Assembly (NCBI GenBank): GCA_963704755.1 | Contig: OY969938.1 | Coordinates: 1,830,001 to 1,862,000, forward strand | DNA length: 32,000 bases | Source: an uncultured Chloroflexia bacterium | Lineage (GTDB): Bacteria > Chloroflexota > Anaerolineae > Anaerolineales > Anaerolineaceae | Reading direction: 5' to 3' | In this document: piece by piece, positions 1 to 6,754 of the stretch | Layout: each line of letters starts with the position of its first letter | Numbering within the stretch: the first letter of the stretch is position 1 | Translations under genes and position numbers: made by a program | The notes under the pieces: model-generated | Databases searched by the model: none | What the model was told of the DNA's origin: nothing | The model's input: the letters and a program-made list of their open reading frames with translations, nothing else

Positions 1-330
1 CTGGTTGGCCTGGTTGTAGGCAAATTGCAGCGAATGGACCTGCTGATCTCCCAGCCCCAGCCTGCCCTGGACGTTAAACGTATCAAAAGTCATCTCGCGG
101 AAAGCATTCAGGTTGCTCAAGCGGTACAGGCGCGTGCGCTCAGTACGCATTACTTCGCGTTGCCGGCAGGAACAGATTTCCACCTTGCCAAAATCCGGGT
201 CGCCAATCGGCAGTTCGCGGCGGATAAAGCCGACGCCGTGACAGATCGGGCAGTTTGGGTCGCCGGGCAATCCCGCGACAGGGGTAGGCGGTTCAGTGTT
301 CGATGAACTCGCCGTATTCTCCCTGGACAT
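1..330 (-). CDS. DnaC/DnaI-like helicase-loader ATPase, N-terminal part only (gene runs off the left edge)
   Basis: Not in the ORF track because no stop lies in the window. Reverse-strand translation from the ATG at 330-328 gives MSRENTASSSNTEPPTPVAGLPGDPNCPICHGVGFIRRELPIGDPDFGKVEICSCRQREVMRTERTRLYRLSNLNAFREMTFDTFNVQ... A CxxC...CxC zinc knuckle followed by an SNL..F...TFD.F segment is what I associate with DnaC/DnaI/IstB-like AAA+ loaders. The start overlaps the end of the DnaD-like gene by 38 nt, which is operon-like. The AAA+ domain is outside the window, so the call is provisional. Confidence 0.55.
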   Translation of the reverse strand, partial: MSRENTASSSNTEPPTPVAGLPGDPNCPICHGVGFIRRELPIGDPDFGKVEICSCRQREVMRTERTRLYRLSNLNAFREMTFDTFNVQGRLGLGDQQVHSLQFAYNQANQ

Positions 331-997
331 ACCGGCGGCGATCTTTTTGAGACTTTCCTCGATTGGCTTCGTCATGCTCTTTCTCCAGGCGAGACTTTAA
401 TATTGCTTCTACATAGCGCCACCGGCGCACGTTGCTCTCCACGGCCGCGCGAATGGCCGCTTCGATCCAGTCCATGGGGTAAGTCAACTCGGCTTCCCGC
501 AAGGATTCGGCGATCATGGGCGTCAACGGGCCGATGTTTTGTTCGTACAAACGGTAGATATTCGGCCGCTCAACCTCCAGGTTCAAGGTGGAACGGTCGA
601 TTTGTTCGGGAAACCATTGGCGGTCCTTCAAAGCAGCGACGGCCGCCCGGCCCCGCGGTGAATTGAGAAAATACAGGTCATCCTGCGGCCCGCCCTCGGC
701 CAGGCTGACCTTGAGCAGCGTACCGCGTTGGACGGTGCGCTCCATCCCATCGCGCAGGCGATCCAGCGCCTGTTCGGGGTCGCGGCTAAGGCTTTCCATC
801 AGAACCCGGTCACTCGAAAAATCGGCCAGGCGCAGGTAGCGGAACTCCCCTTCCAGGCGATCCAGCGCCCAGAAGGCGTACAGGGTAACCTTGAGCTCGC
901 CCAGGTGATCGATTTCAGGCAGCAGCTCGCTAAAAAATTCGACCGGCAGCGGGGTCAGGTGCGTCTTGCCGGCCGGGAACCCGCTAAATCTACTCAT
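293..997 (-). CDS. DnaD-domain replication initiation / helicase-loading protein
   Basis: 234-aa ORF. The C-terminal half (NIYRLYEQNIGPLTPMIAESLREAELTYPMDWIEAAIRAAVESNVRRWRYVEAIL) matches the DnaD/DnaB_2 C-terminal domain pattern. A GGGGGA Shine-Dalgarno lies just upstream. The gene starts 11 nt after the dnaB stop. Confidence 0.75.
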   Translation of the reverse strand: MSRFSGFPAGKTHLTPLPVEFFSELLPEIDHLGELKVTLYAFWALDRLEGEFRYLRLADFSSDRVLMESLSRDPEQALDRLRDGMERTVQRGTLLKVSLAEGGPQDDLYFLNSPRGRAAVAALKDRQWFPEQIDRSTLNLEVERPNIYRLYEQNIGPLTPMIAESLREAELTYPMDWIEAAIRAAVESNVRRWRYVEAILKSRLEKEHDEANRGKSQKDRRRYVQGEYGEFIEH

Positions 998-1008
998 ATC
1001 TAATCCCC

Positions 1009-2391
1009 CTATCCATGCGATTCGACCTGGAAGGCCGGGGCAGCGTTTTCGAAGCGGGCTAGCCGGTCCAGGAAGACCAGCTCGATCCCCGGGTGGGTCG
1101 GACCATTCCGGTGCTTTGCCACGATAATTTCGGCAATATTCTTGCGCGGATTATCCTTCTCGAGCGCATCCGGCCGGTTGATGAACATGACGATGTCTGC
1201 GTCCTGCTCCAGCGAGCCTGATTCGCGCAGGTCCGAGAGGACCGGACGCTTGTCCGCGCGCTGCTCGACTGCACGTGAAAGCTGGGCAGCCGCGAGTACC
1301 GGCACGTTCAGCTCGCGGGCCAGGACCTTCAGGTTACGGGAAATATAAGATACCTCCTGGACGCGGTTATCGTTACGGGTATCCCCCGACATAAGCTGCA
1401 AATAGTCCACAATGACCAGGTCCAGGCTGTACTCCAGGTGCAGCCGGCGGCACTTGGTGCGCAACTGCAAAGGCGTGATGGCCGGGGTATCATCCAGCCA
1501 GATGTGGGTATCGCTCAATACTTCGATGGCGTGGGTGAACAGCGGCCACTCGTCGTCGCCCAGCTTGCCGGTCCGCAGATGCTGGGTATCGATGCCGGTC
1601 TCCTGAGCGATCAGGCGCTGGACGAGCTGTTCGGCCGACATTTCCAGCGAAAAGATCGCCACGTGTTTTTTGTGGCGCTGGGCGGCATTTTTGGCCACGG
1701 AGAGCAGAAAACCGGTTTTACCCATACCCGGCCGCCCGGCGATAATCAGCAGGTCTGATTTTTGCAAACCACCCAGCAGGGTATCCAGGTCCTTCAACCC
1801 GGTGGGCACCCCAAAAATATCCTCGTCGCGCTTGGAAAGTTCATCGATCCGGTCGAAGTAATCACTCAAAACCGTTTGGATCGATTGCAAATCGTGCTGT
1901 GCACGGCGCTCGCTGAGGCTGAAAACCGATTTTTCGGCTTCGTCGATGATGGTATCCACGCTGCGCTGCTGGTCGAAGGCCAGCTTGGCCATCTCGTTGG
2001 CCGCCGAAAGCATCCGCCGGCGCACGGCGGCTTCCTCGACCATATGCGCATACGCCTCGGCGTGCAGCGAGGTCGGGGTTTGGCTAATCAGCGCCGTGAT
2101 GTAGGCCGGCCCGCCCACTTCCATGAGCTGGTTATCCTCTTCCAATTGTTGGACGACTGTCAGGTAATCGATCGGTTCGCGGGTCTCGTGCAGGCGGGTG
2201 AAAGCCTCCCATACCCAACGGTTACGGACGATGTAAAAATCGTCCGGCTGCAAGATCTGGGCAACCTCGTAATAGACTTCCGGGTTGATCAGGACCGCAC
2301 CCAAAACGGCTTCTTCGGCTTCGCGGCTGTGCGGATGGGCCTGTTCCAGCGGGACGCTGCTTTCTTCGATCGGTGGAGGAAAATCACTCAT
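1009..2391 (-). CDS. dnaB: replicative DNA helicase DnaB
   Basis: 460 aa. The N-terminal domain has the DnaB motif (PHSREAEEAVLGAVLINPE). Walker A is GRPGMGKTGF. The RecA-like C-terminal domain contains LVIVDYLQLM, ISRNLKVLARELNVPVLAAAQLSR and IVAKHRNGPT. Confidence 0.95.
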   Translation of the reverse strand: MSDFPPPIEESSVPLEQAHPHSREAEEAVLGAVLINPEVYYEVAQILQPDDFYIVRNRWVWEAFTRLHETREPIDYLTVVQQLEEDNQLMEVGGPAYITALISQTPTSLHAEAYAHMVEEAAVRRRMLSAANEMAKLAFDQQRSVDTIIDEAEKSVFSLSERRAQHDLQSIQTVLSDYFDRIDELSKRDEDIFGVPTGLKDLDTLLGGLQKSDLLIIAGRPGMGKTGFLLSVAKNAAQRHKKHVAIFSLEMSAEQLVQRLIAQETGIDTQHLRTGKLGDDEWPLFTHAIEVLSDTHIWLDDTPAITPLQLRTKCRRLHLEYSLDLVIVDYLQLMSGDTRNDNRVQEVSYISRNLKVLARELNVPVLAAAQLSRAVEQRADKRPVLSDLRESGSLEQDADIVMFINRPDALEKDNPRKNIAEIIVAKHRNGPTHPGIELVFLDRLARFENAAPAFQVESHG

Positions 2392-2620
2392 AGTTATTCA
2401 CAAAAGTCGATGTTTTATAGTCGTGCCGGGCCATGACCAAAGCTAGTTGGGTCATCATAAACGAGTAAATTTGTGCATCAAAATGCAATTTTAACCAGCC
2501 AGCGTTATATTAAATAAATACCGGCCCCATTTTGAAACCTTGTGAGTGCCCAGCCGGGTCACCTGGAACCCATGGAAACAAGCTCACGCAGTCACCTTTT
2601 AATTATAGTGAAGAACAGCC

Positions 2621-2650
2621 AAAAAAACCGGGGCATTTTGACTGCCCCGG
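2621..2650 (-). terminator. intrinsic terminator downstream of the nuclease gene
   Basis: On the minus strand: CCGGGGCA-GTCAAAA-TGCCCCGG (8-bp GC stem, plus-strand coordinates 2628-2650), followed immediately by TTTTTTT (2621-2627). It lies 16 nt after the stop at 2666. Confidence 0.7.
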
Positions 2651-2665
2651 AAGTTTTACACAGGT

Positions 2666-3274
2666 TCAGGATTTTCCTGGTTTGTCCTCTTCGTCAGGCT
2701 CATCGCCTTCATCGTCCTGGTCCTGGTCTTCTTCAGGAGAATCATCGATTCGCAAATTCTGCAAGAAGTCTTCAAAGACCGAAAGACGCTCTTCCGACTT
2801 GTAATCGTCTTCCAGCGAGGACAGTTGTGCCTTCCCGGGGACTTCAGACTGGTCCTGCAAGTCCTGGTCCGGAATGATACCGGCCGAATCCATCACTTCG
2901 CGCGAGACCAGAATGGGCACGTGACCGCGCACGGCCAGGGCCAGCGCATCCGAGGGGCGCGAATCGATGTCAACCATTTGATTGTTGGCCTCGATAACCA
3001 GGTTGCCAAAAAATACGTCATCATTCAAAGCGATCACCTCCACGCGCACCAGGCGGCCGTTGAGGCTGTTGATGATATTTTTCAACAGATCATGTGTCTG
3101 TGGTCGGGCCACTTCGATTTCTTGCAAAGCTATAGTGATCGCCTCTGCTTCATATGGGCCAATCCAGATCGGCAGATAACGGTCGGCATTAACTTCACGA
3201 AGCACAACAATTCGTTGCTGGTTGGTCAGGCTGACACGCACACTGTCGATGACCACTTCCACCATTCTCGGCAT
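2666..3274 (-). CDS. bifunctional nuclease family protein (DUF151/BFN domain) with acidic C-terminal tail
   Basis: VEVVIDSVRVSLTNQQRIVVLREV..RYLPIWIGPYEAEAITIALQ....RPQTHDLL...I..L is the DUF151 signature. The tail is Asp/Glu rich (EEDQDQDDEGDEPDEED). The ORF track starts at 3310. I prefer the ATG at 3274 because GAGG lies 6 nt upstream. ATGs at 3280 and 3265 are also possible. Confidence 0.8.
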   Translation of the reverse strand: MPRMVEVVIDSVRVSLTNQQRIVVLREVNADRYLPIWIGPYEAEAITIALQEIEVARPQTHDLLKNIINSLNGRLVRVEVIALNDDVFFGNLVIEANNQMVDIDSRPSDALALAVRGHVPILVSREVMDSAGIIPDQDLQDQSEVPGKAQLSSLEDDYKSEERLSVFEDFLQNLRIDDSPEEDQDQDDEGDEPDEEDKPGKS

Positions 3275-4033
3275 ACTCATCCTCGTAATTGAATTACCGT
3301 AACATCTCATCCCTGTTGAAGGGGGTGTTGTTCACATCCAGATGGACTCGATTTATTCTAACACGGGCAGGTATGGTATGCAACTAAGCCAAAAGGCGGG
3401 ATCGGGGTTTATTCATAAAGTCGAGGCGGCCGCTGTGAAGCGGTTTCATCCCAAAAGCAAGAATTCTCTGCCCCAAAATCCTGTTACGGCCTTATCAATG
3501 TTAACAATTCTGGATTCGATTAAATCGTTAAGTTTAAGGTATAATACCGCTGTATCTTCTGATAAAGGGCCTTAACCGGCACCCGAGGTCTTTAACAAGG
3601 CAGCCTATATAAACCTATCCGGTTTCCAAACGTATTCGACCAATTGCTGGCTCATTTCATCTTGCCCTGATGAGAAGATACTGAAGCAGCCAATTAGTTC
3701 CACTGCCACTAGACCACTGATTTACGGGGCCATGTGTAAAATTTAATAAATTTTTGACCCGCTTAATGACAACAGCTTAGATTGGGTCTGATGCCTGTGT
3801 GGCATCCCCATTTTGCCAATGCAGTATTGTAGTCTGTCGAAATAGTGAGGCGGTATGAGTTGCACTGGCGTAGTCTTTTTATCGGAGGGCAGGTCTTTAG
3901 CTGCTCAAGCTGTTGCCCATGCGGGCGGAAAAGTCGTAAAAATGTGGATGAGAAGCCGTTTCATCCATCCGCATAGTTATTTATTCGACTTTTTTCAGCC
4001 CGTTTCAGGCAGCCACACTGGTTTATTCTAATA

Positions 4034-4759
4034 ATGTCTGGAAGACAAACAATGCAGAAGAACGTTTCCATTTTGCTGGTTGAAGGCAAAAGATCTGACC
4101 GGGCTTCCTTTTTAGCTGGCCTGACTAAAAAGAAATTCCAGGTCGAGAGCGCACCCAGCGGTGCAGCTGCCTTGGCACGAATTGAAGAAAACAATCCCGA
4201 TATTATTATCATCGACGCTGCCTCCATGCGGACCAGCGGAAAACGGATTTGTTCCTCGTTAAGAGAGAAGGCCCCAGGAGTCCCTATCGTGCTCATCCTG
4301 GACGAGGCTACCCCCAATAATAACGACCAGGACGTAAACGTCGTTCTCAACCTGCCGTTTACCTTGCAAAAGTTACTCAACCGAATCAAACCCTACCTGC
4401 CCCAGGAACCCAAAAACGTGGTTCGAGCCGGCCCGATCTACCTGGACGTGCAGAACCGCTCGGTCCGCTGTATGGATCACCAGGCCCTGCTGACCCCGCG
4501 CCTGGTCCTGATTTTGCGCCTGTTGATGGAACACGCCGGCCAGGTGATCGAGCGCGAAGCGCTCTTCAGCCAGGTGTGGGATACCACCTACACCGGCGAT
4601 ACGCGCACCCTCGACGTTCACATCAGTTGGCTGCGCCAGGCCATCGAAGACGATCCCCGCCATCCGCGCTATATCAAAACCGTTCGCGGCCTGGGTTACC
4701 GCCTGGACGTTGACGATTTGCAAAATCTCAACGGCCGCTTCACCAAAAAAAGATACTGA
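4034..4759 (+). CDS. OmpR/PhoB-family winged-helix response regulator with atypical receiver domain
   Basis: The C-terminal domain (LTPRLVLILRLLMEHAGQVIEREALFSQVWD......TRTLDVHISWLRQAIEDDP..PRYIKTVRGLGYRL) is a classic Trans_reg_C domain. The N-terminal domain has a CheY-like fold and retains the Asp in IIIIDAAS. The alternative start at 4052 (MQKNVSILLVEG) has a weak GGAAG upstream and may be the real one. Confidence 0.85.
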   Translation: MSGRQTMQKNVSILLVEGKRSDRASFLAGLTKKKFQVESAPSGAAALARIEENNPDIIIIDAASMRTSGKRICSSLREKAPGVPIVLILDEATPNNNDQDVNVVLNLPFTLQKLLNRIKPYLPQEPKNVVRAGPIYLDVQNRSVRCMDHQALLTPRLVLILRLLMEHAGQVIEREALFSQVWDTTYTGDTRTLDVHISWLRQAIEDDPRHPRYIKTVRGLGYRLDVDDLQNLNGRFTKKRY

Positions 4760-4783
4760 GATCGGATTTAGGGCAGACTCAGG

Positions 4784-6145
4784 ATGCGCCGCTGGATACG
4801 TAAACTTTCTCCTGAGAGACGGGCCGAGGTACTGGACGAGCTTAACCTGTCCTCCTCGCCCAACCTGGACTATTTCCTGCTAGTCTTCCTTTCCTGCAAC
4901 ATTGCCACTTTTGGCCTGATCACCAATTCGGCCGCGGTCATTATCGGCGCCATGTTGATTGCCCCCCTGATGTCACCCATCCTGGGGCTTTCGCTGGCGT
5001 CGGTCGTCGGTCGCCGGCGCATGTTCCAGCGCGGGGTGATTGCCCTGCTGGAAGGCGCGCTGCTGTCGGTGGCCTTATCCACCCTGTTGAGCTGGATCGG
5101 GCGCATTCTGCCGTTCGGCGTGTTGACCACCCTGCCGCACGAAGTCCTCATCCGCACCAACCCCAACCCGTTCGACCTGATGATTGCCCTGGCCGGCGGG
5201 GCTGCCGCGGCCTATGCGCTGGCCCAGCCGCAGCTCTCGGCTGCCCTGCCGGGAGTAGCTATCGCCACCGCGCTGATGCCACCCCTTTGTACGGCCGGGA
5301 TCGGCTTTTCGCTGGGCGAGCCGCAGGTGGCCAGCGGCGCTTTGCTGCTTTTCCTGACCAACCTGACCGCCATCTCCTTTGGCGGCATTATCGTGTTCGT
5401 CTCGCTGGGTTTCCGCCCCTATGCCGCCCAGTTGAAAGTCTATGGTGTCCGGCGGAGTGTGCTGGTTTCGGCCGTGCTGGTCCTGCTCGTAATGATCCCG
5501 CTGATCATTTCGACGGTGCGCTTTGTCAATAAAGCCTCTTACGACCAATCCGTGCGCGATACCATCCAGGTCGAGACGACCGACCTGTTTCCCAGTGTCC
5601 AGGTCGTTTCCATCGACGTCACCGATGATAATGACATCATCAAAATCGACCTGACCATCCGCGCCTACGCCCAGCCCACCTACCAGCAGGTGGTGGCGCT
5701 GCAATCAGCCATCGCCGGCAAGATCCAGCGCACGGTCGCGCTGCAAATGATCGTGGTGCCCTCCGCGGTGCTCGACCCGCTCATCCCGCCCACCCAGACG
5801 CCCACCGCCACCCCGGGTCCCAGCTTGACGGCCTCGATCACGCCCACCCCCACGCCGACCCGTACCCCCCTCCCCTCGCAAACGTATACCCCCAGCGATA
5901 CCGCCACGCCCACCGCCTCGGCAACCGCTACCCCGGTGCTGGCTTACATCACCAACACCGGCGGAGTCGGGGTCGTCCTGCGCGACCAGCCCAACGGGAA
6001 AATCACCAGCTTCCTGCCCGAAGGCGCCCCGGTGGAGATCCTCTACCAGCGCGAGCAGGTCGGCAGTATCCTCTGGATCCAGGTCGCCGACCTGGTCGGC
6101 CGCACCGGATGGGTCAATGCCATCTACCTGACCATCCGGCCGTAA
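4784..6145 (+). CDS. DUF389 (TIGR00341-like) multi-pass membrane protein with Pro/Thr linker and C-terminal SH3b-like domain
   Basis: Segments typical of DUF389: the N-terminal NLDYFLLVFLSCNIATFGLITNSAAVIIGAMLIAPLMSPILG, and later GVAIATALMPPLCTAGIG. A PT-rich linker follows (PTQTPTATPGPSLTASITPTPTPTRTPLPSQTYTPSDTATPTASATATP). The protein ends in GVVLRDQPNGKITSFLPEGAPVEILYQ....WIQV....GRTGWVNAIYL, which resembles bacterial SH3. Confidence 0.8.
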   Translation: MRRWIRKLSPERRAEVLDELNLSSSPNLDYFLLVFLSCNIATFGLITNSAAVIIGAMLIAPLMSPILGLSLASVVGRRRMFQRGVIALLEGALLSVALSTLLSWIGRILPFGVLTTLPHEVLIRTNPNPFDLMIALAGGAAAAYALAQPQLSAALPGVAIATALMPPLCTAGIGFSLGEPQVASGALLLFLTNLTAISFGGIIVFVSLGFRPYAAQLKVYGVRRSVLVSAVLVLLVMIPLIISTVRFVNKASYDQSVRDTIQVETTDLFPSVQVVSIDVTDDNDIIKIDLTIRAYAQPTYQQVVALQSAIAGKIQRTVALQMIVVPSAVLDPLIPPTQTPTATPGPSLTASITPTPTPTRTPLPSQTYTPSDTATPTASATATPVLAYITNTGGVGVVLRDQPNGKITSFLPEGAPVEILYQREQVGSILWIQVADLVGRTGWVNAIYLTIRP

Positions 6146-6492
6146 GGTCGTTAGATTGGCCGCGTGTGGTTATTGAGCCGGTTCCCGACCGATATAGGTG
6201 CGTTGGCAACGAACCAAAACGCTTAGTAATCATGGATATTGGGTTGTGAAATGCGACCAAGCGGGTCTTTCTACCCGTTATTAGCCTTAAACCAAGCTAA
6301 ACGGTGCGTTACCAAGCACCCTACCTGAGAAAATTAGCGTGTTTCCATTCTTCCGTTTTCCGGTATAGGGGCGACAACAGCCGGGTCAATGCCTATTCTA
6401 CAAACTTGAGCGCTTTTACGGCCGCTTCGCCCCTACTCTCAGGGCGATTGCAACCTGCCTGCTTTTCGAGGGCAATTCCCCAAAGAATGGGT

Positions 6493-6537
6493 TTTTGAGT
6501 GTTATTGTGGGGCTAAGCCCCACAATAACACTCAAAA
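6493..6537. repeat. perfect 21-bp-stem palindrome with 3-nt loop between convergent genes
   Basis: TTTTGAGTGTTATTGTGGGGC-TAA-GCCCCACAATAACACTCAAAA. I paired every base by hand (6493-6513 with 6517-6537). A-tracts and T-tracts on both sides give it the look of a bidirectional terminator, but the stem is unusually long. Confidence 0.85.
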
Positions 6538-6550
6538 TTATCTCCTTAAC

Positions 6551-6745
6551 GCCTTCTCCCTCCCAGGGAGAAGGTGGGGATGAGGGTAGATGCCCGCCAG
6601 GGAAATGCCCTGTTGTTCAGCCAGGGCCTGGTCCGGCCGGCGTTGGCCCTCACCCCAACCCCTCCCCCAGAAACAGGAGAGGGGCTAAGAAAGCCCTCCC
6701 TTCCCCCCCAATTGCGGGGGAAGGGAGGGTCGGGAGGGATGAAGG
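6551..6745. repeat. cluster of three family-1 short palindromic repeats (CCCTCTCCC..GGGAGAGGG hairpin plus GGGGTGAGGG-type tail)
   Basis: Copy a, 6551-6587: CCTTCTCCC-TCCCA-GGGAGAAGG then TGGGGATGAGGGT. Copy b, 6646-6685, opposite orientation: GCCCTCACCCCAAC then CCCCTCCCCCAGAAACAGGAGAGGGG. Copy c, 6694-6745: perfect 14-bp stem CCCTCCCTTCCCCC/GGGGGAAGGGAGGG then TCGGGAGGGATGAAGG. The same family occurs at 16955-16996 and 27798-27838. Confidence 0.7.
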
Positions 6746-6754
6746 AAGCCGTTG

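Noticed and set aside
25-306. 93-aa plus-strand ORF at the left edge
   Set aside because: The opposite strand over the same bases encodes a convincing zinc-knuckle N-terminus of a DnaC/DnaI-like loader in operon with the DnaD-like gene. The plus-strand peptide has no recognisable features.
3667-3673. CTGATGA as a hammerhead ribozyme core
   Set aside because: I could not build the three-stem junction. No properly placed GAAA and cleavage-site helix flank the motif.
3311-4033. AT-rich gap as a replication origin
   Set aside because: Only one near-match to a DnaA box is present (TGTGGATGA near 3944), plus weak TTATTC-type repeats. There is no dnaA or dnaN nearby and no clear cluster of boxes or AT-rich 13-mers.
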